From contig CM075993.1 of assembly GCA_038087875.1 (NCBI GenBank), positions 10,604,001 through 10,668,000 of the forward strand: DNA of 64,000 nucleotides, written 5' to 3'. The first letter of the stretch is position 1; each line of letters opens with the position of its first letter. The notes beneath the pieces are model-generated. The model was not told the DNA's origin. It searched no databases and was given only the letters and a program-made list of their open reading frames with translations. The stretch comes from Malacoraja senta (taxonomy: Eukaryota). Made by a program: the position numbers and the translations under genes. Positions 23,881-37,762 of this stretch are shown one piece after another.

Positions 23881-26800
23881 AGGGGAAATAAATTTGTCAC
23901 CCACTGTGACTTAACATCAGACAATCTGATGCCTTTTCATAACTATATTTTAGGCAGAGGGGTTGAGAAGTCGGACTGATAGGTAACGAATGGGTTGAAA
24001 GGGACATTAACATAAAAGGAATTAAACGTCCAAATGTCCAAGTAGACAAGTGCGAGGTCCAAAGGCAAGTAGCCAAAACACACAAAGGGTGGCAAGATGT
24101 AATGCTGTAATTAAATACCCATGCATTTTGTTTTAATGAATAGGGTTAGGGTGGGGTTTCTAATGGGAATAGATGCCCATTTAATATATTTAAAGAAAAA
24201 AACCTAACAAGAAAATATTGATAAAAACAGGGAGCAAAGGTGGTGAGGTTTATCATTTTGAAACAAGTTCTTAACATTCAGCATTCAAGGCAAGTGAGAG
24301 TATGAATTATGCTCAGCAGGAATTTATTGTCATCTTCAAGCTTCAGAATCAATTTGGAATATAATGCTTTTAGAGAAAGAGGTACTGTAAAACCAAATTC
24401 AACAACCAAATAGGCCATTACACACACTTGTTTTTGGTTTAAGGCACTGTAACCAGAAAGTTATGTCACACGACCACTATCATGAGCCAGGCGGTGCTCC
24501 AGCAGTGTTACAGATCCATAGATGCTGCCAACTTGCTGAGCATTTCCAGCATTTGTAGTTTTTATTATAGGTAGCGAGACAGGGTCGTCAAAGACAGGTA
24601 AAGCACATGGATGGACACTGGTAATTTGGAGAGGCATGTACAAAGATTGAAGGGATTGTTGGGATGCAGAGTTGCACAAAATGAGGAAGAAAACTTTTTT
24701 TTAACAGCCAAATGTATATGAAATTATGTATAGTTAGGCGATGGGTGATTGAAACTTCAGATTCAGTGGGACAATCTCAACAGGGTGGGCATTAAGTGTT
24801 GGGGAGTTACCGATTTCTGGTAAAAAAAAAAAAAGAGGCATGGGTAAAATTGAAGTATTCCTAAAACAAATTAAATTATACAATTTTGTCAGAAATCATC
24901 ATCAGCAAAATGTGAATGAGGACATATTTGGTTCTATGTTGTTCTAATGGGATTGTAATGCATCAAACTAAAATACAAACATAGTAAGGCAACAGTTATC
25001 AGCTTCCATCCTCCAGTGACAAAAACATATTTGATCTCATATGTACAAAAAGGCCTTAAATTGGGGATTCTCTACATTTCAAAGGATAATTCAAAGGATA
25101 ATTCTCTGAAAAATTATAGATTTAAAAATCTTGCATCCACTCTAGCAGACACGTTACATTGCAAAAAGTTTACTCAATACTAGGAAAGTCTCATTTGTAA
25201 CTCCTTTCCATCTTGGAAAATATGCAATTTACATTTTAACTATATTTTCCACCAAAAAAAATAATCTAACTGTTGATTGGGATGGAGCATTTGAGTTAAG
25301 AGGACAGACTGAATACACAGGGCTTCTTTTTCTTGGATTCCACACTGCTGAGCAAGGAAGGGCAGCTATAGGAGGGGCACAGAGGTTGAGTAAACAAATT
25401 TATTTGGGGAATAGATAAGTGTGGATAGCAAGAAACTTGTCCCCGTGTCAGAAACATAGGAGGTTAAAGGAATGAGGAAGAATATTTTCACCCGGAGGGT
25501 GGTTGGAATCTGTAACCTACTGCTTGAGATGATGAAAGTTGAGATTCTCACGATATTTGACTATCCAGATGAGCAGTTAAATTATCAAAGCATAGAAGGG
25601 TACAGGCTGGAAAATAGAATTTTTCTTCACTTCCACGTTCCGACTCTTTAAAAACCTTTTGGACCAGACCCCATATCAGATCTGTCAAGGTTTTGCCAAA
25701 GTCCATGTAAAATGTATCAGTTGCACTGACTACATCAATACATTTTGCCACCTCTTCAAGAAAATTAAACTCTATTAATGTAAGCAGAAGACAATATAAA
25801 GCCAAAGATAGCAAAAAACTGCCAAAGGTAATTTGGGTCAATTTTCTTCGATAAGAATTCTGATATATTACGTGCAAAAAAATGTAACATGCGATTCCCC
25901 ATGTGATTTCCTAATATGAAACACAACACACATTTTAAGTATGACTAGCCGACAAGGGATGATGAATGTGAGGAACTGGCTGGAAATGTATCCGGACAAA
26001 AACGTTTCATATTGTGCATGATAATTGGATTGGCACAAAGTTGAGAGTAACTGAGCATAGGTCAGGCCAAATCATCCTAACACATGTAAAGCATCAACAG
26101 TCTTGTTCTGCTAGTTTCAAATGGATTATTCAAACAAAACAACAACAAAAACACTACGTGGAAGAGCTTGGCAACAAAGCAATAAAAGGGAGTGCAACTA
26201 ATAAAACTCATCATGCTTTAGAGCAGCTACTTCCCCCTGTGACGTGTCCAGAAAAGAGAGCGTTCATTGCCGGGTAATGTCAGGAAATAATTCTGCAAAC
26301 AAAGGGACAGTGCAAATCTGAAATGTCCCCTCAAGTCAAAATACTTGCTGTTGAGTAGGGAAGCCATAGGATATGAAGCAGCAAATGATTAACAGGGTGA
26401 AGCACATATTAGCAATTATCCAATTCATTAGCACCAAATGATTGACAAAAGTGAATGAACTATGGTCTACCCTTCCTTAAACACTCAATAATTTTTACAA
26501 ATTAATATCTGGTGTTCCACTATGTTTAAGCGACATATTAAATGCAAACTATCAAGTCAAATGGATTGCAAATTTGCACCTTACAAAGATGCAAATATTA
26601 GCCCAACTGTAATATATTCACCACAACCTAAAGCAGCCACCATTAACTCTACTTACTGTAATCAGCAAATAGGAATCTACAGAAGCCAAATTCATCACAC
26701 CTGGCTACAATAGCAGCAGGAGACATGAGATGTCTATGGGTGCTATGATCAGATACAAGCTCATCAAGATATTATCAACTTTCTGTTGTGAATCAACTTG

Positions 26801-28214
26801 TGAATCAGCCCCAACTTTTTGTTGAAGATGAATTTTCACACATTTCTGCAGATGTTAAAAATCTGGAGGGGAAAAAAATGCTGGAAATTGTCCGTTTAAG
26901 CAGCATTCTGAGCAACAGTTATAAAGCAGTTATTGTCTCTGATGAATTACTTTGAAAGAACCATTGAGTATTTCCAGCATTTTGTTTTTATTATTTCAAT
27001 TACTTCAAGGTGAGATGACAAAAAGGGGAAAGGCTCCATCACTGGGCTGGGAAGATTAAAGCATTTGCTATATTTATGCTGTAATTGTCAGTGCCCAGTT
27101 AGTATAATTATAACACAGCCACGACATATGCTTCAGGTAAACGTATCCTGCTCAGTGCTTGGATTTGTCGTCCAACACAAAGAGCACAAATTCATTCTGA
27201 GTTGCTTGGCTGGAAGCTGTTCAACCATTGATCTTGCTTTCACACAGATAATAAAGGCCACCAACCTGAAGAGACAAATGACACTGCGGGCACAGGGTAA
27301 AGATCATTAAAGGCATTTGGTTAATTCTCCAGCCTGAAACAAGTATCTCTGTATAGAATGAAAATGGAAAACAGATGCTGGAAATCTAAAATTTAAAAAA
27401 AAACTGCAGGAAATACTCAGGTCAGGCTGAATGTGAAGGTGACGTGGGGAGAGAAATGTAATTAATGATTCGGGTTGAAGACCCTTTGCAGAACTGGGAA
27501 GGAGAAATACAAAAAACTTAAGTACCAGGGTGCAGGGGTGGGGGGCAAGGGGTGGCTTTGATAGGGTAAATTAAGCTGGCCAAGGGGACATGCAATAAAC
27601 AAGGTTACCTCATCGATGAGTGAATGGGAGCAGTTAGAGAGTGAAAACATAGACAGAAGGAAACACGAGTTGTGAGATACAGAGCAGGAAAACATCCCAG
27701 CAAAGGCAATATGTCCAGAGAGTAAAAAAAGGTAGTATCCCAAGTTGTGGTTTTCTGTTCAACTAATATGCAGCTTAGAGTTGAGATTCAATAAATCACA
27801 ACATCAGAATTATTATGACACTAGAGTGTCCATATCAACTTTAAAAACAGTCCTCCATTAGCAGCAAACAGGAGTCCTACCCCTTTGCCTTTCCTTCCAA
27901 TACCTATCTAACTCCCTTTCAAAAGGAAACACAAAGTGATGGTGCAACTCAGTTCGTCAGGCAGCATCTTTGGAGAACATTGATAGTTGACTTTTCAGGG
28001 CGGGACTCTTCAGACTGATTCACCAGTAACCTTTCCATTGATGCTCGGTTTGGACTTTGCCAGGACCACTCAGCTCAAGGGAGTCTACATACTGTCTTGG
28101 TCTACACGTGGATAAAGAAGCTGATTTCTCGAGATAAGACAAGAATGCCAAGTCCAGCAACCAAGAATCCTATGATCCAAGTATCAAGTCAAAGGAAATC
28201 ACCTGAAACATCTA

Positions 28215-28490
28215 AATAGGCACAAAAAAAAGCTGGAGTAACACAGCGAGTCAGACAGCATCTCTGGAGAAAAATAATCGGTGACGTTTTGGTTAAAGAG
28301 TCTTCTTCAGACTGCGAGTCAGGGGAAAGGGAGACGCATTTCCCTTTCACCTGACTCTCAACCTGAAGAAGGGTCTTGACCGAAACATCACCTATTCCTT
28401 TTCTGCAGAGATGCTGTCTGACCCGCTGAGTTACTCCAGCTTTTTGCGTCTGTCTTCGGTTTAAACCAGCATCTGCAGTTCCTTCCTACG
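28215..28490. mobile_element. Penelope-terminus fold-back element
   Basis: Two inverted arms, each with a decayed CTGAAGA..GAAAC motif. Confidence 0.8.
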
Positions 28491-31400
28491 CAACTGAAAA
28501 ATCTACTCTGGCTGAACCATTCCTGGTTAAGAAAATGGTTGAGATTCTTGGGGATCGTTTATCTCAGACCCTGAACATTGCTGTTGACAGCTTTCAGGAC
28601 CATAACTGAGACACAAGCCATCCTCAACTGCTTTATCAATAATCTTTCATCATTTTATAAACAGGGACACTGCTGGTGACAAGACATCGTTCAATTCCAT
28701 TCACAACAGCAAAGATGACAAAGCAGCTCACATCCAATATTACAATCACACACATTATTCAGTGAAGGCACATTTGCATCAAACCATTTTGACAGGCAAA
28801 TAATATCACCAAGATTCTTGTCAACTACCTATAACTTTCAAATACATTAACACTGCCACATCCTACACCAACTTCCTGGAGGTCTCCGCCCAGCAGAAAC
28901 TTAATTGGTCACATACAAATGCGACTAGAAAAAAGGTCAATTTGGAAATCTGCAACAAATGACTCACCCAAACTCTCCAAAGCCTTTCCACCATCTACGA
29001 AGGCATGTCAAGAGAATTATTGTGCAGTCTTCATTAACACAACTCTAGGCCAGAACAAAGCAGCAGACTTGACTGCACTTCACACATTACGCTACACATC
29101 CACCAACAATACATTATAGGCACAAGGAACTGCAGATGCTGCATAAATCTTGGCTGCAGTGGTTATTGGTAAAACACAATACAATTATTCGACCAGCCTA
29201 CTTTACAGCATAAATCTATTATTATAAATCTATACATCTATCCGGGTTTGATCCTGATTAGGGGTGCCGTTTTCCCTGTGACGGCGTGGGGTTTCTCCGG
29301 GTGCTCCAGTTTCCACCCACATCTCAAAGATGTGAAGGTTTGTAAAAATAGAAACATAGAAAATAGGTGCAGGAGGCCGCCATTTGGCCCTTCGAGCCTG
29401 CATCGCCATTCATTGTGATCATGGCTGATCATCCACAATCAGTAACCCTTCTCCCCATATCCATAGAGCTCTATCTAACACTCTTTTAAATTCATCCAGT
29501 GAATTAGCCTCTACTGCCTTCTGGGGCAGAGAATTCCAAATTCACAACTACAAATGTCCAACATATAGACACCCCAACAACGAACAAGCTCCCATAATAT
29601 TATTACATTCTTAAGTCTAACGTACATACATTAGTTAATTCCTACTAATGACAGAACTAGTTTCCCCATCTCTCACTTTTAGTGATTGTTCTTTCTTATC
29701 AGTCTTCTATGCGTTTGATGCCATTTATTACAATACTGTGGAGGTGTAGTTTACAATAGTGTTTTTGTAGATCAGATTTATGGACAAAATAGTCTTAAAA
29801 TTGAACCTATTCTTTATCCAGGGCAGCCTGTACTTGAGAGAAATACAAAAAAAGAGCTTCTTCTACTCCAGGCTCTGTATCAGGAAAAGGAAAATCCCAG
29901 GCTTTATTTCAATTGCGAGGTACATCGGTATTAATCGATAATATTTTGCAACAGCCAATAAAATTTTAAAATATTCCTTTTCATCCCAGCAAACAATGAC
30001 TCAAGGTCAAATACTGAGGATTTCTAACAAATACAAGCCACTGAGCTGGAGGCACGAACACAATTCACGCACGATAACAATCCACTTTGTAGGCAGGGAA
30101 TGCACGAGATGTCATACTAGGCACAATGTCTAATTAGTATTATTCAGCCACAGTTCATCGTGGCTACACGTTCTTGCACCAGGAGAATGATTAAACGACA
30201 GTAGTGAATATAAATTTAATTATGATCCTTAATCTTTCTCTAAAAAATACCTGCACCCAATGCAACTTAATAGACTGCAACGGTTTCACACTAAATATCA
30301 ATGTAAATACACAACTACCCGTTGATCCACAAGATTTTCTGGCCTGGTATCACTATATCATTCAGTTTCAGAAATTAGTCCACTAAAAATGTCTTTAACT
30401 AATGCTGAACTCGGCTGTAAATATCATCTATTCCAACTTGCTTGCATGTATAGAGATAAAGATCTAAAGCGTAGTTCACCTTAAATAGTTTTTTTTTTAA
30501 ACTGGCAAACTATAACACAAAAAATGAAAATTAGTTGACATTTGAAACAAGTTGAAAATTAAGCAATGATCGGCAAAGCATATTTGCTGGTTCTAAATTC
30601 TTTTTTTTTTTTTTTTTAAACTGAAAGCAAATCACAGAAACTAAGAGGAAACGCACATTTACAAAATCAAATGAAACCAGTTATCAGGACCAACAATGTA
30701 TCCTGGTTTTCTTTATCTATGGACACACGCGTCCTCCAAGATGAGCAAACTCCTTCTAGCGTGATTCTTAACTTGATAAGATACCTCAATCACAAAATAA
30801 ATAAAACACAGTGGCACTTCTAGTAACATAGGATCATTAAAAAATATTATCAACAGTATTGATATGGGAAAGATATCACTTATTATTTTTAATCATTTAA
30901 ATGATAGATTATTAGACAACACAGCAGAGGCCAATTGTCCCTTCAGGCCTGTTCCACCATTCAACACGTTTGTATGGCTGATCATTCACTTTAATAACAT
31001 GCCCACCTCTTTCCCCGTATCCCTTTACTTCTATAGCATTCATATAGCTATTCACCTCCTTCATAAACATGTAGTGATCTTGGAATAGGCTGGATTGAAT
31101 TGAGTGGTGCGGAGCAGATGTTAGAGTCTAGGACCACAGGGCACAGCCTCAGAATAAAAGGATGTACCTTTAGAATGAAGACGAGGAGGAATTTCTTTAG
31201 CCAGAGGCCGGTGAATCGGTGGGATTTATAGCCACAGAAGCCGGTGGAGGCCAAGTCATTGGTTACTTTTAAAACGTAGATTGATTGGTTCTTGATTGGT
31301 AAGGTCATCAAAGGCTACTGGGAGAAGGCAGGAGAGTCTGGTTGAGAAGGCAAAATAGATCAGCCATCAGCACATGGTGAAACAGACTCAGTGGGTCAAA

Positions 31401-32441
31401 TGGCCTAATTCTGCACCTGTCTTTTGGTCTTATAAATGTTTAATAGCAGCAACTACCTTCCATGATGGAGAATTCCACAGGTGCACCATTCTATGGGTGC
31501 AGAGATTTCTCTTCATACTAGTTCTAAAATGCACCCACCTCATCCTAAAGCCGTGATCCTCCGTTCTGGATTTTCCCGCCTCCCTGTATTTAGTTTGTCC
31601 AGTCTCACTGGAATTTTATGTTTTTAATAAGATCGCCTCTCATTCATATACATTCCACTGATTATAGGCCTAGCTAATTGAATATCTCTTGTTATTTCTG
31701 CCTTTTTTTTTGTGTGTTCCTCCAAGGCAAGAAAATCCAAGGACAAGGAGGTCAAAACTGTAAATACACACCAGATAGAGCCATGTCAAGGCCCTGTAAG
31801 GCTGCAGTAAGACCTTACTTCCATACTTAAATTTGCTTGCCTTTCAAACTGCTTTCTTTCAAGATCTGGGATAGGAGGAACCGCAGGTCACAATTCTAAA
31901 GCACCACAAACAAAATAGCTCCCGCTCCAAGACACCAAACATACCAACTTAATGAATATCCTAATAATGCTCTTTTACATTAAAGTTTAGTGTTAACTGT
32001 TTTTATTTTAACAAAATCATGCAAAAGGAGAATTAGTTGGACATAGAGCAAATAATATTACAAACTAATGCAAATAACCCGTCCTTGAAGTATTTCACTA
32101 ATTTATTCTTTTAACGTTATCAGCCATACCCCAGCTGAAACATTCAACTCAGAGTGCGTAAATACACTTGTAGGAAAGATGCCCTGCTACTTTGTTTAGA
32201 TATTGTGAAGTTAGATCCTTTCATTCAGTGATGCAAATATATGCTGCAAAATCATCCCATTATGTGGAAATTTTCTTTCGGATACAAGGCCTAAACATTC
32301 ATGATTTATTATCGCTCTTTTGATCATAGAAGATCACACAAAAATCTTTCTGAACTGAATAAGAGACAGATGAGATAGTCCAGGAAACAAACCTCAATAT
32401 TCTAGGGATTACAGAAGAACCATTAATTTATTCGCACATAC

Positions 32442-32525
32442 TTCTCCAAGTTCTGTAGATGCTCTCGGACTCTCTGCACCAGACCCATCTTCGTATCGTT
32501 TACCACAAAATCATCGCACCTATAA
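32442..32525 (-). CDS. USP3: USP3 exon 4
   Basis: cttctag| (C)YRCDDFVVNDTKMGLVQRVREHLQNLE(N) |gtatgt; 84 nt. Confidence 0.96.
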
Positions 32526-33554
32526 CTAGAAGCAACAAAATGCAAATTAGGAACATTCTATAATAATATTTTTAAATATATTTAATATAAATAATGTTAG
32601 ATATGCATTTGCATTTCAAGGAATACATATAAGGCACAGGACCTGCAGATGATGGAATCTTGAGCTGCAGTAAACCAATGGGTCAGGCAGCATCTGTGGA
32701 GGGAATGGATAGGCGACATTTTGGATCAAGATCCTGCTTCGGATCGTCTTCTGTTGCCCTCAACAGCAGATCTACACAACAACGTCTGTGCTCCAGTGCA
32801 ATAAAGATTGATCTCTATACATTTTAGGAGTCCGAAGAAGGGTCCCGACCCAGAAAGTCGTCTGTCCATTCCAGGGCTCTCGCTTAACTTTTTTTCCCTG
32901 TTGCCAGCCAGGCAACCTAGGCAGCTTTTTAGGTTGCCAAATGACAGTTTAGGTGGTCATTTAAGATGGCTTGCATGACGCGTGCGATAATGTGCTCGGA
33001 CGAAGTGCGTAGTTACCAGTCGGAATTATACTCAATGAAGCATTCACATATTATTTCTGCTTCAAATAAAGTTACAAACTAAACATATTCACCAATCAAG
33101 ACATGATATATCCCACAATGACATGCAGCAAAATTATAAGACAGTATCTCAACTCTTTTTACACATTGCAATTAATGCAATTTCTATTAGTTCTTTCCAC
33201 TTCCAAACAAAAATGTGGTTGGATTATTCAGCATATGATCAACCTGTGTCAATAAATCCTGGACCATGGTAACATATATGCGTACATATAGTTGTGAATG
33301 TTACTCATTAAATAACTACAGTACTGATACTCCATATTAAGAGCATTGATTTGCTGTTAAAATGAATTCTGTAATAACGTGTCAACGGCAGCAGTGACAA
33401 TCGAACACTGCGGTTTTAATGTTTCACGTGTTCACAATTTAATTAATCCATCTTTATGGATTAAAACAAATAATAACATTGGGAATTAAAACAATTTGAT
33501 TGCATTCCGTTATCATAGTCAATGTTCGCTCTGAAGACATTTCCAGCACAATAG

Positions 33555-34395
33555 GGTCAGGGGTGGGGGGGGGGGGGAGTGTGAATCAGTGCGGGGTGGA
33601 TAGATGGCGGGGGTGGGGGATTAGAAGGCAGTCGGTGCAGAATGGATGGATTGAGGCAGGTGAATTAGTATGTGTTGGTTGGAGTAGGTAAAATTGTGAG
33701 GGGAGAGCACAGGGGATGTCAGTGGTGTTGAATGGGGGGGTTCAGTACAGGATGGATGGGGGTAGACAAAAGTGCTGGAGAAACTCAGCGGGTGAGGCAG
33801 CATCTATGGAGCGAAGGAAATAGGCAACGTTTCGGGTCGAGACCCTTCTTCAGACTGTTCCCCCCATTCTTCTTGAATGGGAGGATCAGTACAGGATGGA
33901 TGGGGGGGGGGGTATCAGCGCAGGATGAATGGGGGGAGGTTAGTACAGTGTTGATCGGAGGGTGTGCAGGATGAATGGAGAATCACTACAGGATGAATGA
34001 GGGGAAGGGGGGAAGGTGCAGGGTAAATGGAGGGTGGGTCAGTACGGGATGAATGCGTGGATTAGTACAGGATGGATGGAGGAGAAGTGCAGGATGGATG
34101 GGAAAGGGGTAAGTACAGGGTGTATTGGGGAACCAGTGTAGGATGAATTGGGGGGGGGGGTGGCAGGAGAATCAATGCGAGGTGGATAGGGTGATCAGCG
34201 CAGGATGAATAGATGGGGGGGGGGGTAGATGTGGAGGGGAGCACAGGGGATGTCAGTGAGGACTGAATAGACGCGGGAATGGGGATCAGTGCGGGATGGA
34301 GTGGAGGGGTCCCAGGATAAGGGGGTGGAGGGGGCGTACAAGAGAGAGGGAGAGAGAGAGGGAGATGGGGTGCAAGGTGGAGAGGAAGGAAGGTC
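33555..34395 (+). repeat. G-rich degenerate tandem repeat inside the 5-bp-TSD element
   Basis: Repeated CAGGATG(A/G)ATGGGGG units with long G runs. Confidence 0.8.
33823..33856 (-). ncRNA. Minimal type-I hammerhead ribozyme motif (Penelope-associated)
   Basis: AGU-CUGAAGA-A-GGGU-CUCG-ACCC-GAAA-CGUU-GCC. Confidence 0.65.
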
Positions 34396-35827
34396 AGCAC
34401 TCCTCGGACAACATCGCCCCGCTGTCTTGGCCGTTGGGAACTCCTCGCCACCGCCTCCCTCCTCCGCCAGCCAACAGCAAGGTGCGGGGCCGAGCGGTGC
34501 AGCTCAGAGATCCTATAGCTATAAGATCTTTGGTGCAGCTGCTTCAGACGAGTCGAAGCGAATGACGGGCTTCGCAGAGCGGCAGCAGCACCAGCGGCCG
34601 CGGCTCCATCTGCTCCTCCTCCCGCCCCCCCGCCCGCCCTGATTAGGGCATCTGCTTGTAAACCCGCTAACGGGCTTTCAAAACAAACCCTCCTGCACGC
34701 CGAGGCCGGGAGTAGGGAGGGAGGGGGAGGCCTCGGCGTGCGGGAGGGTTTGTTTCGAAAGCGGTTATCGCCGTTAGCAGATTTACAAGCAGAGGCCCTT
34801 ATCAGGGCGGGCGGAGGAGCAGATGGAGCCGCCGCTGCCGCTGTGCAGGGCCTGTCGTTCGCTCCGACCCTTCGTCACCCTGCACCTAGTATCTTTCCCA
34901 CGCAATACAGCCCTCACCGCCGACACAAAACGTCGCGTTCCTTTTCTCCAGAGATGCTGCCTGACCCGCGGAGTTACTCCATTTTTTTGTGTCTATCTTC
35001 GGTACAAACCAGTATCTGGTTGCCAAGCCGGGCAAAATGACTCGGTGTTTAGGTTGCCCGGCGGCGCTTTGAGTGGTCAGTGGCACCTGGGCAACCTCTA
35101 ATTTCAAGCCCTGCATTCCCTCCACAAATGCTGTCGGATGCATAATGTTACTTCAGCACTTTACATTTTTATACATATTGGTTTAGTATGTAGCAAGGAA
35201 ATATGCCTTTCAGCCTGTTGATTCTATGCTGACCATCAATCATTCATGTACATTAATCCTACATTAACACTTTTTAAATTCTCCCTACTCTCAACAACTT
35301 CAGCCAGATTCCAAAACCCACCCAAACTAGGGGCAATTTAACAAATCCAATTAACCTACCAACTTACATGACTGGACTGGAAACTGGAGCACCCAGAGGA
35401 AACTTACAATCACAGATAATGTCCACACATTAGGCACCCATGGTTAGTGGTTTCCAGCAATGTGAGGCAGCAGCTCGACTAGCTTTAAGCCATGCATCTT
35501 TTTCTTCAGTAATAGATCGACCTTTCCTATCAAAAATAGATCCACCAGCGGGACCACAAAAGAGCAGCATAGTTTACAAGAACAATTTGCATCGAAGTGA
35601 AATGAAATAATGATTCAAATGAAATAATTATTTACAATGGAAATAGGCAGGCTCAGATTTTCTTGGAAATTCCAAAGTAACCAGACACAAATCTCTTTAC
35701 ACTTCAGTCAATTGATTTACATTAGTTTTTACACTAAAACATTTCCAACATGCTATCAACATGTGTGGCTTCTGAAACAAAATTGAGGGCGGCACAGTGG
35801 TAGAGACCCGGATTCAATCCCGACTAC

Positions 35828-35829
<2 letters not shown>

Positions 35830-35910
<81 letters not shown>

Positions 35911-35922
35911 TGTGAGTGTGTG
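35830..35922. repeat. (GT)n microsatellite
   Basis: About 45 near-perfect GT units. Confidence 0.98.
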
Positions 35923-36576
35923 ATTTCTATTAAAAAAAATTAATACATGGTTTAGGTTTTTTTTATTGTCACGTTTAACTGAGGTAAAGTGAAAAGCTTT
36001 GTTTTGCATTCTATCTTATCAGATAATATTATACATAAATACAATCACATCAAACTCAAGTACAAGAGGTAGAGCAAAGGGGAAGACAGAGTACAGAATA
36101 TAGTTCTCAGCATTGTCCCATGGACAAAGTCCAATCTCCTCAATGGGATAGGGGTGAATTGTCAGTACCATAGCTTATGGAAGGACGGTTCAGAAGCTTA
36201 ATAACACAGAGGGGAAGAAGCTCTTCCTGAGTTTGGTGACAATGAGGATGCACCAGAAAATCTATGGCCTCAAGAAAATAATAAGCAGTAATATATGACC
36301 AAGGTTTTCCTAACGTTCTACTATATATTTTTTAAACAATATAACAGGCACTATTTAGGAGAAATCTGATTTCTAAATGCACAATGACAGGAGCAAATTA
36401 GTAAAATTATAAATTCAGGAATTTAATTGATCATTGTTAACCAAATTCTTCAACATTTGTTGATTTCTTTTGATCTTCCAGTAGGTCGGTTTTAAGTTTG
36501 GTCATTCCACAAAAAACTCAATAAATCATCTTCTTCAATGAATAATGACACCACTGGCCACTAGAATATTCATCAG

Positions 36577-36742
36577 TGTAAGAAGGAACTGCAGATGCTG
36601 GTTTACACTGAAGATAGACACAAAATGCTGGAATAGCTCAGCGGGACAGGCGACAACTTTGGATAGAAGGAATGGGTCATTCCTTCTATCCAGATATGTT
36701 GCCTGATCTGCTGAGGTACTCCAGCATTTTGTGTCTATCTTC
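36577..36742. mobile_element. Penelope-terminus fold-back element
   Basis: Inverted arms; 14-bp TSD AGAATATTCATCAG at 36563-36576 and 36743-36756. Confidence 0.85.
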
Positions 36743-37762
36743 AGAATATTCATCAGACAGACTGAATTCTGCCTATTGCCAGAAGTAATAGCTCCCATTC
36801 CCAGTGATTTATATAAATGCGGAATATATTTATGAAAATATTGCTGCTCCTTATACATCTACATAAAAGTAACCCATTTCACTTCAATGTTCCACATGTC
36901 ATGCTCCACATTTTACATAGTAAAATGCACTCCGTCTAATATACCAAAGCATATGAATTTCCAATTTCTGAATATTTTTTAATGTGATCAAGTTTTAAGG
37001 GTACAGCAACAATTTAAATAAATGACTGGATCAGTTGATCATAAACACCTTCAAGCACAACAGTTGCAGTCACTCAGCCTCAACACCTTTCCAGATTATC
37101 CTTGCATCCCTCATTTCCCTTGGTGTTTCTAAAAAAAAATTACACCCTTGAATGCTTCCCTACAGAAGAATTGCAAAGATTCACAATCTTCCATCTTACC
37201 CCAAAGAATGTGTGACTCCTAGTTATAAAGTCGCAAACATAAAATCTTGAATTTTTCATCCATCAAGGTGCTTGAAATAGGAGGGGGGAAAAGGAGGGGG
37301 GGAATAAATAAATAAAAAAAATAAAAAAAATAGGGTCACCTCTATTCTTTCAGCTTTTGGAAGAAAAGCGGATCTACTCAAAATTACCTTAAAAGCAAAC
37401 CTTTCATTGTAGGTCAATGGTTCATTATAGAAAGTCAAGAAAGGATTTGCTAATAGGCTTATTAATTCTGGGATCGCAGGTACATTTGTTCAGACCCTTC
37501 AGTTTCATGGAGTAAGCTCAGGGCATTGTTCAAGAACATCAATCAAGATGGGGCAGCACAGAGGTGCAGCTAGCTGGTAAAGCTGCTGCCTCACAGGACT
37601 AGAAACCCAGGTTCAATCGAGACCTTATCTGTGAGGAGTTTGTACATTCCCCCTAAGGCTACATGGCTTTCCTCCAGGAGCTCCAGTTGCCCCCCACATC
37701 CTAAAAAAAAGTGTGGGGGAGTCTCTGTAAATTGCTCTTTGTGTGTAGGGAGAGGCAATATC

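Larger units (their letters stand above)
32872..35113. mobile_element. Non-autonomous DNA transposon with CAGGGCT termini and 5-bp TSD (hAT5-like)
   Basis: CAGGGCT...AGCCCTG ends; repeated subterminal GGTTGCC/GGCAACC motifs at both ends; TSD CATTC at 32867-32871 and 35114-35118; removing the element restores the interrupted repeat TCTGTCCATTCCCTCCACA. Confidence 0.8.
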
